Shown: positions 25,590 to 40,480 of the stretch, in pieces
Numbering within the stretch: position 1 is the stretch's first letter
Layout: every line of letters starts with the position of its first letter
NCBI GenBank assembly: GCA_030141605.1
Contig: JAQGDQ010000023.1
Span: 806,001 to 870,000 of the forward strand
DNA from: Tubiluchus corallicola
Lineage: Eukaryota > Animalia > Priapulida
Direction: 5' to 3'
DNA: 64,000 nt
Program-made: the position numbers and the translations under genes
Notes under the pieces: generated by a model
What the model was told of the DNA's origin: nothing
What the model saw: only the letters and a program-made list of their open reading frames with translations
The model's database searches: none

Positions 25590-25914
25590 TGCGGCTTCCT
25601 GTTTCTGTTATCAGCTCCACCCTACAGCAGTATGGTTTCGCCTCATGGCTTCACCGCTGACAAGTATTACGACTCTCGCGAGCAATAATGACGACCAAAC
25701 CTCACTTTAGCTGTTTTAGAGCACTCGTTGCGCATGCGCAGCGCATTTTCAGCCTCGGCAAGAAGCTGACGGCCGTCTGCAAATTGCACGTTACCGCAAA
25801 CTGGCTAATAACACCCAGTAATTCATCTGGATATTTTCCTTCGCGATTTCAAGTGAGTGTTAGAAACCAGACCAATTTGAACGCGAGTCGAATCTTTGAA
25901 AGCAAAACTTTGTG
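25590..25914 (+). promoter_or_regulatory. Putative promoter plus non-coding first exon (probably of the UNC-93-like gene)
   Basis: Locally CpG-rich; palindromic NRF1-type TGCGCATGCGCA 25729-25740, TCTCGCGAGC (BANP/Kaiso-type, 1 mismatch) 25674-25683, ETS core CTTCCTG 25595-25601; strong donors GTGAGT (25853) and GTAAGT (25915). Confidence 0.45.
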
Positions 25915-27462
25915 GTAAGTTTGAATCTGAATTATTCTCTTTTATTAATAATACAAAACAAGGTTTGCGGTCTTAACATAAAGCCTAGACGACCATAGCA
26001 ACCTAAGGTGTTTAAACTAAAATTACTGCAAGGCGCACAATTTTCTAAATCCGCTTTGCTTTTTTTATATCGATGACCATTGTATTTATAAAAATGCTGA
26101 GTTAAAAAGTACGTGAAAATATGTGACACGCTGACTTGGTTAAACAAAAGGATACATAAATTAGTTAATAAAAACAAGTAAGCATTTTTCCACAACTATG
26201 AGATGACTGGTTGTTTTATACTGTAGGAAAATATGATTTGCTTTGCTGTTGCCAACGATCCTGTATATAAGTAAAGCATAAGCGGCAAAATAGAATATTA
26301 TGGCGTGTTTGCTTTCAGTATTGCGTACGTTTTAAAGTTTTTCTCTTGTTTGATGCTGTTGCGGCCGTTTTCACAAAAATAATCTTATCTTCTGAGAAGC
26401 TCTTATTCTCCTCCTTTTCTTTAATTCTCATTTGTCATCTTTTATTCTGAAAGAACTTTACTAATACATTAGGATGTATTTTATTGTCTTAGGCGGTTTC
26501 TACAAGGATTAAATGCATACAAACAAATGGAAACTTGAAACGCAATTAGCAGTTCAGCAGAATGAATTACAATAGTTAGTAGTCAGTTACATGATTCCAA
26601 TTACATTACAAGGCCTGTTGTATTACATGGCTACTCGGTAGTTGATATTATGATTCCACTGAGAGTGTATCAAGTAAATCATTAGTGAGTTTGTAGCAAA
26701 CAGTAATGCAAAGATGTAGGCATCTGCCAACAAGGTAAATGATATACGTTGACATTTGCCAATTATGCCAATCAATTATTAGCCAGTGTTTTCCTACATC
26801 TGCGTGTATAGAAGCCGGCTGTAATATTTGTAGCTGTATGGTCATAAATAAACAATCAAGCATAATGATGTGTAATGGGTCCGCCATGTCGTTGATTTTA
26901 CGCATCTTTTTGCGCACTTTATTTGCCTCAAGTTTAACACTGACAGCCTGCTTTTATTTTACTTGTTTTACTTTCCGCTCAAAAGAAATTACGAATGGAG
27001 CAACTGTATGGACTTTTACGAAATGGCAAGTCCTAAGAGAGTTCTCAATTACATAAAGATTTTAGTTCATAATTTAAAGCCACTAATTGATGTTCAATTA
27101 AACGCATCTCAAGGTTTTACATGGACAGAGATACATGTCCAGTTTTTGGCGAAATTGCTTAGGGTAATTTTCACATATCATGCAACAATGTTTGAGTGAT
27201 AAGTTCCCAAAGATGCTTAAGCACATCACTTTTAATCCACTCAATTTGGATACTAGTATATCCCAATAACTTGGAGAACTCAGAGGGCCCCTCTTTCACC
27301 ACTGTTTTTCATATCCAAGAGTCACTCAAGTGCTTTGAGGTTCTTCTGCAGATTGTAGATTAACAGGACACAATCCATATTCCAATCTGAAACAGAAAAG
27401 GAATTCTTAAGCACAAAACACCGCATTTGCAGCCAGAGACGCCGGTAGCTGGATATAGGTTT

Positions 27463-27750
27463 GAGCTTCAGGTGCAGAGCCAGCCCATGAGCTTCAGGTG
27501 CGGAGCCAGCCCATGAGCTTCAGGTGCGGAGCCAGCTCATGAGCTTCAGGTGCGGAGCCAGCCCATGAGCTTCAGGTGAGGAGCCAGCCCATGAGCTTCA
27601 GGTGCGGAGCTAGCCCATGAGCTTTAGGTGAGGAGCCAGCCCATGAGCTTCAGGTGAGGAGCTAGCCCATGAGCTTCAGGTGCGGAGCCAGCCCATGAGC
27701 TTCAGGTGAGGAGCCAGCCCATGAGCTTCAGGTGCGGAGCCAGCCCATGA
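27463..27750. repeat. 26-bp minisatellite, 11 copies
   Basis: Unit GAGCTTCAGGTG(C/A)GGAGC(C/T)AGCCCAT repeated head-to-tail with no spacers and no indels. Confidence 0.97.
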
Positions 27751-30700
27751 CGAACTTTGGTAGCATTTTTTTCTACCTGGTGGATAACCTACAAAAGTTC
27801 GTTCTTTGCGGACTGGAGAACAATAGTCATAGTCAATTTCGAGGTTCATTTTGGACTTTGTAAAAGGGATATGCCTAGCTCTGTATAAAGGCAAATCATA
27901 AAAAAATAAAACCTACCAGTCTCAGTACCCACAGTAAGGTATGTTTTGTGGTAAAGAAGTGACAGTCGTACGGGTATAAATCTTTACCAAGGCAACACAA
28001 CGCACATAACAGAGTGCAAAGTAGCTACTCTCACGATTCGAGATGCCCTATAGTGCGACATGTTGCTACATCCTGAGAGCTGAATCGTTGAATTTCTGGG
28101 TGCACAGTTCAAGCACTCCCTCTGTTTTCATGCCAACTGCCAACTCTGACGTCATCTCACTTAAAAAATACTCATAAGACACGAACTGGAATTGAGCTTC
28201 CCGGGACCCAGTTTTGCCAACAAAGTGTTAACATCTTGTTACCACCAGGTGTTTTGTGGGATTAGTTCACTCAGGGAGTTGTTGAGACGAATGAAGGGCC
28301 CGACGAGCACTACAACGCCCACACAAAGAAAGGGGAGAGATTCGCTCGATTGGGGTTAACTTGATTGAATTCAAATCATACACTCAGATTGCATCCCGTT
28401 AAATGACATTTCTCTATATAGTAACTTTATTACTGTAAGAACCGTTTTGAAGATGCACTGTACATAATTTTTAGTTTGGGTAATTTTTAGTGCGTTATGA
28501 TAAATCAGCGTAACGTAAGCATTGAATCCTTGTTTTTTTCGAGCTATATCTCCAATTTTTAGCAGATACAAAAATGGGAATGCGCCTCAAAAGAAAAATG
28601 AAGGAAGTCATTTTCTTGGCCATTTTGTAGGAAAAAATTGTTTTACCTTTGGTGGCATTATGAACAGTCATTTTTTGCCATTGCAAAGTACCCTCATCCT
28701 CATGCACGCTCTATAGCTTTTGTTATGTTTGCTGGCATGTGCATGAAACTGCTTGCATAGCCATGAAGCTGAGTCACGTTACAGGCGTTGTATGGTTAGT
28801 TGTTCTGCGAGAAAAGCACGTTCATTTTAATACGGTTAAAACAATAGTATTTAAGTTGCAAACGAATAGCAACGACGAACAACTAGCAAATTCACAAAGA
28901 TTCGTTCAGTCGGTCGAAACCGAATGTGGTCGCAAGTGGACGACTATTTGAATTTGAAATGACGCTAATGAGGCCGGTCTAGTACTTTAGAGGTTCTTCA
29001 GTCTTAATTACTTCTCTATTGTGTATGGTTATTTTGGATCACCACGTGGATTAAATTTTGCTTATTATTCAAGTTAAGGAGCACAAAAATCAAACCTGAT
29101 CTCGTCGTTATGTCATTTTTAGCTGAGCCCCCGTGTAACCTTTGTTGATCCACAATGATGGTAATCTATCAATCTAATTCGATTATTTTAAACCAGTTTG
29201 TGAAGTTCTTAGAGTTCCTTGCTTTTAAAGCTTTAAAACAATAATAGCAACTATTTTACGTGCTGCATGTCTTCAGTATCACCGTTCAGTAAAACTTAAG
29301 AAATTGTTATTCAGAACAAGGTTTATGAACAACAATGATATTTCGGGAAACCATTTCTCTCTTCATCAAATTACGTAATAATAATCACCCAGAATTTGGA
29401 ATTAATCACTCATTTGTTGGGAAATCTGCGTAATTATTTGTATGTAACTTAGTGAAGGGAGTAGCGTTTTGTGATTAACTATCTCCTTATTTTTAATTAT
29501 CATAGTTTAGTTGCTTGGCATCAATTATCATTGTTTAGTTGTGTAGCATCAATTATAGTTTAGTTGCGTAAGCTACGCAGTAGCAGTAAAAAGTACCATC
29601 GTCAATAGTTATCTATGATTTCATTTACATAAATAAACAAGTGATGCTCAATTAGCAACTTCCACAAATTACCGCGTTGTTCATTTCTTCTGCGATTAAA
29701 GAGGTTTCTGTGGTTGTATTAACAGATGTTTATGTCTGACTTAAATTTTAAAAATTAACTCGTTTTATCGCTTCATGAACAAGTCACACACTGCTTCCAA
29801 AGCTAGTGCTTTTCAAAAACCAAAATCTTTGGAAAACTATAAACTGAGATTTTACATTATGTCGTGATGAAGGTTTTCTAATGTGCTTATGCAAAACTAT
29901 CTCTTAGAAAAACGCCCTAAGTCTCTTTTAATTGTACAGCACAGGTATTTTTAGTTTTTAACTGAAGCTGAATAATTTTACTTATTCGTCGGTGATATAA
30001 TATCTTGTAGGTTTTAGTTGTATGTTTTTAATCGACGTAAAACAAATGTTTGGCCCTACTTTTGCAATCATATATGGATTAGGCAACATTCGATTACATT
30101 TATCATTCAGTATTTCTTTGAACAATTCAAAACACTCGCTTGGTTATTTCAAATAAGAACTATTAATTTCAATTTAATTAGCGTAACGTGAATATTTGAT
30201 ACTGCATGGTGGGGTGATCCACAGTGCTATCTTTTTCAACCACACCATATCCCAATAATTAGTATTCATTTTAATAGCGTTTAACATTCCTAGTACTTCC
30301 AAATTTCAAACACTTGTTTTGCTACGTTTATTCAACAGGGCGCTATATTGGGGGCGGCACTAGTTCACCCCAGTCCACTTGTTGTTGCTTGCTTCACCTA
30401 TTTGCATGTACTACGCAGCCGGAATGCTATCCGAATCTTCTAGATCAATAATTCGAAAGAGTGTTATCATCAGGCCACAGAACTCTAGTTTCCGCTGCAT
30501 TTTATTCGTCATGTTTCAGATTTTGTGTCCTTATGCTGTGGCAAAGACGAAATTTCTACCAAATACTAATATGCAACAGTTTGTTTTACTACAAGGCTGC
30601 AGAAAAAGTTTAGCGCCTTCATGGTAGTTACTTGTTTGACACTTGCTTGAATCGAATCGAATCTGTATTCTTAATTTGAAAGAATATATTTTTCCTGGCA

Positions 30701-33002
30701 GCATATCAAAGTTGATAAATACCTTGACCTAGTGAGGATTAATATTGACATTTTCATTGACTCTTTGCAAATATCACACTAAACATGAAAAAGTTTTTAC
30801 GGTTTTAAGCTAAAAAACACTCAACTTAAAAAAATGTGATGAAACATTATTGCTTCCAAACTAAATGTGTTTCAGCGAGTATTAGTGATCCATGACGACT
30901 TTTATGGAAAAAGACATACTACAATTGCACAAAGCAATATAATTTATGAATGGCTATAAAAATAGCCTGTTTGCTAAATTATTAAGCCATTCATTATATT
31001 CTTTTGTTATTTTACATTACGAATAATTGTAGTCTTTTATCGGTTATCAACGCTTACTTTTTACACTTTTTATAACCCTAATAGTAAACAAATTGCACAA
31101 GCACGGATTCACGGTACTTCCTGTAGAGATCCACAAATAATGATGAATAACAATGAATTGCTAGCTGTAACCGCTCACTCAAATTTTCCGAATATTTATT
31201 TAGGTGTTCATAAAGCTTGTTGTACACGCTGAACACGTTCTAACGCAGAATGGAACCAATTGAATTATTTACTTCTGTAGATAAAACTATACTTGTAATC
31301 CAGATTTAATAGCCAGTTTAAGTTTTTATGTTTTAAGTAAAATTTGTTATTTCTGTTAACTTCATTTCTTCGTTTTGCTTGACACTTCCTCGACACTACA
31401 TTATTTACCAATGATGGCAAAGTTGGCAAACCATATTATTTAAGTTTTATTTCAGCCATAATGGCATTAGCTGTATGTATTATGTAAAACTCATGCCGTG
31501 CAGAGATTTATGAGTTCTACATTGACTTGGTGCCACAAGAGAATCGTTTTTGCCGTACATGAGCTAGAATGGTGCGTATTACTGAAGCCAGCTCATATCA
31601 GTACAAGATCTGCATGGCTTCTCAACAGCAGGATCAGGATGCTGCAAGCGTTTTTCATTGCGTAGAAACAGATCTCTTATACTCTTTGCTTGCGAAATGT
31701 CACTGGCGACTTTATGAAGCTCTAATGGAATTTCTTCATCAGCTCTCTTCCATCAGTTCCATTGTTTCTATACAGGGGTTTTACACTGTGAGATAAAGTA
31801 TAGTGCACTTTCCACCTGTAACAGGGCTGTTAAGCACAGATAACTACATACATTAATGGAGTAGCCCGCTGCTTAAGACAAATATCAACTTAACGAAACG
31901 CCATCTTCAGAGCACCCCAAAAGTTATAGCTGTCCGCCCTGCAAGAGTTTTAATATCATAACGATGAGACCCGCAGGCTGAGGGATAATTTAGACGAACA
32001 CGTTAATGAATGCTAAATTATGCAACAGTAGATGATTAGTGTTTCGTGAAAGGCATCATGTAATTAATGAACGATTATTCTTTTCGGAAAAGAATTCTCG
32101 GGCGAGATTGATTACTTGCGTTACAGAACTGTTGTCGCCAGATTTTTTCTGATTTCGATTTGAAGTCTTCAATAATCATAATTAATTTCTTGACGTGAGC
32201 GTGGATGCTGAAGAACAGCAGCAGAAGATGCAAATGACGTACTATATTTTATGGGCGCTAATACAACCGTAGCGTCTTACATATTATTACGTGTATAAAG
32301 AAAACGCGTGTGTAAAATTAAGTAAAATTATGTAAAATATATTTGTTACCCAATCTTTGTTGTCCAGTAAAAGTCATGAACTTATTAATGTGATTTTAAT
32401 CCTGTAATTTTGTTGATTATTTTTGGCACATTTTGGAGCTTAAGACGCCATTGGCACAACATTTAGGATAAGAATAACATGTATAGTTAGTATGACATAG
32501 CACCATATGACATCGCACCGATACATACCCATTCAATAACATATCCTGTACGCTGTACAACTTTGATTATTCAAAATATTATAAATTAAAATAACGTATT
32601 TTAACCTGTATTACAAACATTTGTTTTTATAATTAGAAGCTCGCTCGTGTTTTTAATTGTGAAGTGATTTTCTTCCATTTTCAGAATCGTAACATCATTT
32701 CCTACAGTAGCTGATATATTAATATTATTGTACTAGCCAAATCCCACAAAAACCTACAATGATCATAATCACAACCCATACCGCACCACCCCATATCGAC
32801 AGCGATGATGACAACGATAATGACAACAAAACAACCGCTATTAAGAACATCCACCAATAATCAGTAATGCTTAAACGTTCTACACATTCTACAAAGTCTT
32901 TGCCTACAGCGCCCGTAATGATGGTAACGTAATTTGACTATTAATTATTAAGAGATACAAGTTTATCAGCCAGGTTAATAATCTGGACCCAACTATCAGG
33001 TA

Positions 33003-33135
33003 GTTGGGTCCGGGAAAACACCCGTTCCGGGAAGCCGGGGCGCTGCCGCGAGTTCTAAATATTCTTATGTCACCCAACATCGAACGGGCTATCCGACCTC
33101 CTCAAGCACTGCCCCTGGCACGTTCCCGTTTTCTA
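33003..33135. repeat. Second, diverged copy of the dispersed repeat at 24138-24270
   Basis: Direct sequence similarity seen by eye. Confidence 0.7.
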
Positions 33136-33496
33136 GGAGTGTAAAGTTTGCGAAAAATATGTATATATGTATATAATCAATAATTCAAAAATCAGTAATT
33201 CAATAATGTATTGAAAGCTGTACTACCACACTAAAATGTACATGGTTGTGGTCCCATTGTTAGGTTTTTGAATTATTGAATGTATCAAGCACTCAACGTA
33301 AGTTGTCATTTAATAATATGGTACAGCGTATGTAGAAACAATGGGCAACAGCTGGTTTCAAAACCCACACTTGGTAACGCATCATTGCTTATTACTGCAC
33401 GCTAAAGCATGTTAACTACACCGTTGTCATTGCAATCGATATGCAAATTATTTTTCAAGAATTTGTGATCTATGGACAGTTCAAAACAACCTGCAT

Positions 33497-34230
33497 TTCA
33501 GAATTTTCAACAAGCACCCAGCATATCGATGGGTAACATAACGTTGTAGCTGACACCCTATCACGTGCAGTAATAATCAGTGCTGTGTTACCAAGTCTCG
33601 GTTGTGAAGCTATGGCCTATTTACAATGGGAAGATAAAAATGTACAAGCTTACCACGCTGTCTTTGTCTTTATTTTTACTTTTAAAAACGTTCCAATCGC
33701 CAACTCAGGCAAAGCGATCCTTTGGTAGAATGCATCCGTACTGCAGAAATGGTAACGTGGCATTTTGACACGATACATAAATTGTCTCATCCATCGATTC
33801 GTACCACAAGGACAGTAAATACATCAACTTTTGTATGGGATGGCCTTAAGAAATACACTGCACTATGGGCAAAAACATGCATGACATGTCAAACCGAAAA
33901 AGTGCATTGTCACACTTTAGTCGGCAGGGAAATTAGCTTCACCAGCTCAACACTTCGATACACGCAGATATAGTATAGTTGAACAATTCCCAAAGACGAC
34001 TTTGCAGTACTCATCTGCAAAACTGACAATCTTGTCAGCGAAGGTGATAGTCACAAAGCCAAGAATATTTCTGAAGGAATCCACACGAAAGATGACTCTT
34101 ACGAGGACTTTTTCTCATAGCACAAAGGCCACATTGGTGTCAAAACGATTAGATACAAGCAAATATGTATTTGCAAAACGAGGAACCATTCTACCTCCAC
34201 TACGGAAAGTTGTTATCAAATGACAGATTA
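33497..34230 (+). mobile_element. Decayed Ty3/Gypsy pol fragment (RNase H C-terminus, integrase HHCC, GPY/F region), CsRn1-like
   Basis: SEFSTSTQHIDG*HNVVADTLSR; HKLSHPSIRTT..FVWDGLKKYTALWAKTCMTCQTEKVHCH; LDTSKYVFAKRGTILPPLR; frameshifted and internally deleted. Confidence 0.8.
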
Positions 34231-34889
34231 AAGCCTGCCTGCGTTGGGAAAACTGATTCGTTGGATAGAATTTCAGTAACGAAACAAGGCAGACTTATAT
34301 AGAAGGGACCTGATACTTCAAACATGTCTATTTCAAACAGCAGGACAGGAAAATTGTCGGAATTGTCTTGGCGCTGAATGTTTCAGTTTGAAAAGATAAT
34401 TTTAACTGAAACCGAGTCTGATGCAAATACAAGCAATTATACAGCTGATAAACTTAAGTAAACACGCCAATAACGTTTTTGCTGCAAGACAACAGAATCA
34501 TTCCATTTCTTTCAGGACTTCAATTTTCTCTGCACTTGCCATTTTCTGAAGATAATGCTGTCTGCACATCATGGAAAATTTTCTGTGTTGCTGCTCTGGC
34601 TTCACTTGTTTCGATTTTCTTTTTTTTCTTGCTGAAGCCCATCACAACTACATGCTAATGATTAGCCGGCTCCACTCCATTACAAATAGACAATTAAATC
34701 AAGCGCAGGAAACATGGAATTGCAGCTGCAAAGCCATCGAGGAGTCTGCGGCTTATCTGGCTGAAAGCAATTTACCTCCATTCTGTTCAGTTTCAGATTT
34801 CTGTCTAAACAAAATGAATTTGTAGCCACACGGATTACCAGATTTTCATTAGTAAGAAGTCCAGTAAATGAGTGATTCATTTCTAGATT

Positions 34890-35120
34890 GATTCTCAAAA
34901 ATCGACAAAAGGAAAGCTTTAGACGGAACAGAATTTCACCAGTTGTTTAGAAGAACCGCCTGCTGTCCCGCATTTGTTTTGGAAATTATGGAAATTAGCT
35001 TCAGTTATAGGTGCACATATAGGTAATGATCAATTCTCAGTGTTGTACGTCTTTATGTTAACGACGAATTAGCATGTTGTCAATCGACAATAAAGTTTTT
35101 GATGACGACTACTAAATAAG
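34890..35120 (+). mobile_element. Highly degraded non-LTR reverse-transcriptase fragment
   Basis: IDKRKALD (D..KAFD-like) and LYVND...TIKF/DD motifs in shifted frames. Confidence 0.4.
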
Positions 35121-35763
35121 TATTTGTTATTTTTCTTCGGCAATAATCCCTGGTTTTCTTTCTCCTTGTACCATTGCTGATTTATTTTCGTTAATCATCA
35201 AGTAACATAATAAAGATTTAAAGCTTCTGGCGTTAGGCCAAGTTGACAGCCCTTGCCACATCCAAAGTTTCCAATATGGTATGGCATAATGTCGAGGCCA
35301 GTACACCAGGTGTCTATTTTGCAAGTTTCGTGACTTTAGCCCTCTGCGTTGGCGATTTAACATGAATTGAAAGTAGCTGTCTAAGATAAATGAATGCCAT
35401 ACATGAACAATGACAAAAAGTCACCATATGGATTCTCTTAGATCGACACTGCTTGCGGATGAAAATTAGCAAAAAAGTGAAACTGCTGTATCGTCACTGC
35501 CGAATTACTTATGACAGTGTGGACATAACGTGAAAGTATTCTGCGTTATTGTCTGCTGCTCGTCTGATGGTTGGTACATGTGTGTAACAGCTCAGCAGTA
35601 ATGTCGGCCACCGCAAGAGCAGCTAGCCTTGCACGAACGCCGCTTTTGTTATTAATTAATCGTTCAGTACGACAGTAGCCGTATTCAACCTGTGCCGTTT
35701 TCAAGTAAAGGTCATATATGACTACCTGTTGCTACGCCTTTAATTGTTTATCGTAGGTCAAGT

Positions 35764-35835
35764 ACCTCTGTGGTGTAATGGTTAGCATAGTTACCCAAAA
35801 GCAGAAGGTCTTGGGTTCAAGTCTCAGTGGCTGTA
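35764..35835 (+). mobile_element. tRNA-derived SINE head / tRNA pseudogene
   Basis: A box TGGTGTAATGG, B box GGTTCAAGTC; acceptor and anticodon stems do not pair. Confidence 0.6.
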
Positions 35836-38800
35836 CAAAGGTTTACAGAGTTTCTAATTTAGTACTGCTTTCGTGCTTTTTTTAACTTATAGATATTCTG
35901 CTTAGAGTTTTACTGGACTTACTTCTAAATCTATTTTTGATGTTCAGTTGTAAAAATGCTATCGTAAATAAAGACAATAAATTTTACTTTTTAATAAGAC
36001 ATACCCCAGTATCCATGGAGTTATGTGCTAAAAAGATTTTTTTTGCTTATATTGCACAAAATATTTGTTATACATATTTACAAATTGTATAACAAATGAT
36101 GTAAAACCATTTTCCATAATTTGCAAATCTTTTTACTTTTTTCCATGGTCACTGTTTGCAGAATGTGACAGAGTTTCTCACCAAGCCGAGAACTTTGCAG
36201 ATCCCGTACTGCTTAATTTTACCTCGCTCTGATTTGAGATGCAACTTTATGATAAATCGTTTGTCAATTTTGTAGCTGACCCTTTTGCTTGTCTAGCTGG
36301 CCAAACTAATTACAAGGAACAATAAAAAGCAACTTGCAGCTGCTATAGACTTCATTTAATCAATTATTTACAGGCAAGTATTAATTATTTGTTTGAAACG
36401 TTTTCCGTGGAAATAATATGTCAATATCCAGGAGTCCTTCAAATGTTTAGAAGGTCTCATTGCCTTCAAATTAGATTAGAAATTTAGAATGAAGGAACGT
36501 AAACCAGAAAGCGTACAAAGTGGCTTCATGTGAAAACGTTTTTGTAGATTTGTTCTAAAACGTGGCTTCAGAGTGAAAATATTGAGGATTTCCTTGTGGC
36601 TCTGTTAAGCAAACATAACGCAGTTGCTTCTATCTTTAATATTTTAAAGTTGGTGTGTTGAAGTTTGTAGTTCTCAAGCTTGACAAACTGAACAGGTAGC
36701 TGTTGCGTTCAACTCTAGAAGCTGAAAAATTGTTTTTGCCTGAACGTGAAAGATAGAGGAACGTGATGAGTTGCCAATTTACTTTAATTTTAAGCAATTC
36801 AAGATTTTCAGTATAATTTCAGGTACACCCTTCCATATTGCAATGGATTGCTTCGAAAGGAAGCCTTTGCATATGCTCATTGCATACCACGTATGAAACT
36901 GCTGATATGGAATGGCCTCGCCAATACAGTTTGTGAATGGATTGGTGTATTTTCCTGCTCAGCACATACCCCGTAATCGCAACCAGCATGAGGAACACGT
37001 GATTGAAGTCTGGCAGTTTCTACTTATAAATTTCTGCATTCAATTCGCATTTTTGCGTCGTCACCACTGGTTATGGAGTACAAGATTACAGGAATCCAGT
37101 ATTGGCAGTCTCGAGTCCGATACTAGCGACTGCCAACGCCAAGGCATATACCTTACATGTTATTCGTTATTTGTGTGCTGTGTCCTTACCCGTATTGCTG
37201 CTAAATAGTGTAGTGCTAATATTGTCTGTTAAGTGAGCGACGGTAAATAAATCTTGTTTTTGTCTTTCTGTCTTCTTTTTGGCGGCCGTCATTACAACAC
37301 CAAAGTGCGCCTATACCTTATAATGTTGATTCGCTAAGTAATACAAGTTACATAAAAGTAATGACCCAAATATGCAGTTTTGTATTCACTCAAGCTTACC
37401 ACCTGTATTATTCTATATAGTTTGGTACAACTTGAGTCTATGCGGAATATTCAACGGCGGGACCTAACGGAAAGAAGGGCTAGCCAAAGGCATCCTAAAG
37501 TTCAAATTACTAAACAAAACGTCGAGAAAATAATTAGCCATTCTGAAATGTCTAACTAATCTGATAGCTGACCAACCTAACAGCAGTTGGGATCTATCAA
37601 CCTATCTCTTTTGAGATCCAGACGACTGATGAAGATGTGGATTTTAACATGTAAATTATTAAGATTTGGTACATTTAGTGCCTCCATTTAAACAAGTGAA
37701 TTTCTATTACAATCTGTTTACTCCCAAACTAATTGTTTCTTCACCTGCGAATTCCAACTCCAAGATTTTATCAAGCGTAAAGTTGGAATGCACTGTGATT
37801 GCAGCAAGAATAGCTGAGCATCCCAACTTAAGCAACTTTGTGCAAAGTTAGAAATTGGACGCGTAACTGACATGATAACTGTTTCTGTGCGGTTTTACTT
37901 GCTGTAATGCTAATTAAAATATATATCATATAAACGCATCAGAAGCTCTGTCAGCTCACCTTGCAGTTGTCATGTGATTTTTCTAGACCGTGAGCTAGTG
38001 TCTGATCCAGCCACCGCTATCTAGGTCTACATTATGTATAGCCTGTCACGTTGAACACTCAGTCGTGCTTTCACAGTGCCGATGCTTGTAAAAAAACTTA
38101 AGTACCTGCTTGTTTGCCGTGTGCAGTTGAAACTAAATTATTAAAGCACTTTTCTTTTTCGAAAAATCAACCCGTTGAGTACCACAAACGCTGTTTAATG
38201 TTAAATGTCAAACATCGACAAGTCAAACAACAATTATAAGAACGTGGTTATTTAGAGCACTTGTTTGATGTAGATTTCAAAATTTCAATCACGTAAGAAG
38301 CTGGCATTGACAGAAATAAAATGAATTGAATAGGCTCGCGAATCTCTGGCAATGCTAAATGAAGCTTTGCTAGATGGAATAAAACAGAATGAATTGTATA
38401 AGTTACAGCGTAATGTTAATTTGGCATAGGCCTACTCTGTTACACATAGTGTAGATTCGTAGAACTATTTGTTGTTACAATGTTGCATGTTTACTTTTAG
38501 CAATACAAATTTTTACAACATTGGCAACGCTCAAAGTGGAGCGAAACGTCTGTTAATCACATAAAGACATTCAGCCAGCCTTTATTGATAGTTCATTATT
38601 ATAGACTTAGAAAAAATGGATATTCTCAGTCTTAATCTACTGCTGACTAAAAAACAACGATGTACAGTGTTTCTCATTTTTATAGAAAAGATCTGTGTGT
38701 TTTTCAAAAGTATCGCAATTGAAGGAACCCAACGACAGCATCAGCATCAGCATGAGCATTAGCTCTTAATCTGCAAGTCATCATTTAGCACATTGTGGTT

Positions 38801-40369
38801 TACGTGATCATATACTATGCTTGCTTACTATAAGCATACGATTGAATTAACTGCGAATTGAATTCACTGAATTCTCAATGAAAATTGATTGTTAGTTTCC
38901 CAGATTGGATTTAAAACAATATATATATATATATAATAATTACAGACATATGAATTAAACAACAATCACCTAACTAAAATGATTGCAAGTATTAAGCGTT
39001 TGCATGAAACTTTTTACAGTTTGTAAATTTACTGTTAAGTGAGGTCAACTTTGAATATTTGGAGAAAACCAATGGGTATTTTAAACTTTTCAGTAATAAA
39101 TTTTAGCACCAAACTTCTCTGGCCTTTGTTCTGAGCATTGGACAGATGTCAAACTGTCTTGCTCTTGGGAGCCAATAATGTGCTGATACTTCAGAACTTA
39201 AGGACACTTAGGACCCATGGCTCAAGAGTTATAAATGACCAATTTTCAAATTAGTTCCAGTAGTAAATACTGGATGAATGACATGGAGCAAACACTTGAC
39301 AGAAATCGATTATTTAAACAAATCAATGCATGCACTACTGCTAACTACGTACATGCATTGTTGTGCTTTAGCCCACAGTTCTATATTGAAGAGCAACTTT
39401 GCGTTTTAGATACTGAGTCAATTTAATTCGCAAATGCAAGGTTTGGATTCACTGGTATATTTTTAGAACCTGTTAGAGTTCACAGTTGAATAAAATAGCT
39501 TAATTTCGTAAAGTGTCTTCTAAATGTAATTTATCCTATTTCTCTTAACAGTTTTACTCTAAATAAATACTCTACTCTAAATATCGACTGATGGATACAT
39601 ACCGTACATAATATTGATATGATGACAGTAAACAACCTGCACATGGTCTAGCGGTGCTGAGAATAAACTTCTTGAGGTTGAAAATCTTCTTTGTGCGAAC
39701 ATCAACAAAAAACTATTTAAGACTTGAAAGACATTCTGCCGTTATTTGTGCTATATACACGCATATCCGTAGAATTATTGGATCAAACACTGGCTACATG
39801 AAACCCCTGTGGACTAAATAGTGTACCGCTAGTGAAAGGAAGCGAGAAAAGTAAATCCACTAATAGTACATAATAATTATTTTATCGTATACCTGCAATC
39901 TTTCCGCTACATCCATTAACGATAATTATACGTTTGCTGTAAGTGCATTAACTTTGTTTTAATTTTTTACAAGCCCATCTAATTGATTTTTGTCAGAAAG
40001 CGGTCTCACGCGTTCATTTTATGGGTTACTTAATTACAACAGCTGTAAAATAAAGCTTCCTTTAGCTGTCACTGCGCCGAAAGGTCAGGCAAAATTACGA
40101 CAGGATGATGCGGGTGGATAATTACTAGACTGGATCTCCTGAGGATGCGGAGAAAGAAATAATCGTAGTAGGTTGAATTGTGAGACTGCAGAATCCACAG
40201 TTATTAATTGGTGCAGGATCTACCAGGTATCCGTACTTAGTTATTAGCAGTAACCTACAATTTTTTTAAAAGTTAGTAACTTGGTTATTCGTATCAATTT
40301 GATCGGGTTGACGTCATTGAGGGCACGCATTCAATGAAGCAGCAATGGCAACAATCATGATGTTGCGAT

Positions 40370-40480
40370 AATAGTGATAACGGCGATGACAATGTAGACG
40401 ATAATGATGATGACAATGACAGATGAAGATTATGACGACAAATGATGACGATGGTGAGAATGATGATGATGACGACGATG
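40370..40480. repeat. Degenerate (GAT/GAC)n microsatellite
   Basis: gatgacaatg...gatgatgatgacgacgatga seen directly. Confidence 0.75.

Noticed and set aside
27463-27750. Regular 26-bp repeat as a CRISPR array
   Set aside because: Units are contiguous with no unique spacers, there are no cas genes, and the context is eukaryotic.
34400-34830. Minus-strand Lys/Glu-rich frame as a host exon or transposase C-terminus
   Set aside because: No diagnostic motif and no consistent splice chain.
35764-35835. Functional tRNA genes here and at 12415, 57545, 59950 and about 870-925
   Set aside because: A/B boxes are present but acceptor and anticodon stems do not pair; treated as SINE heads or pseudogenes.
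36700-37298. LTR-like segment with hairpin, AATAAA and ...TACAACA end
   Set aside because: No convincing 5' boundary, TSD or partner LTR.
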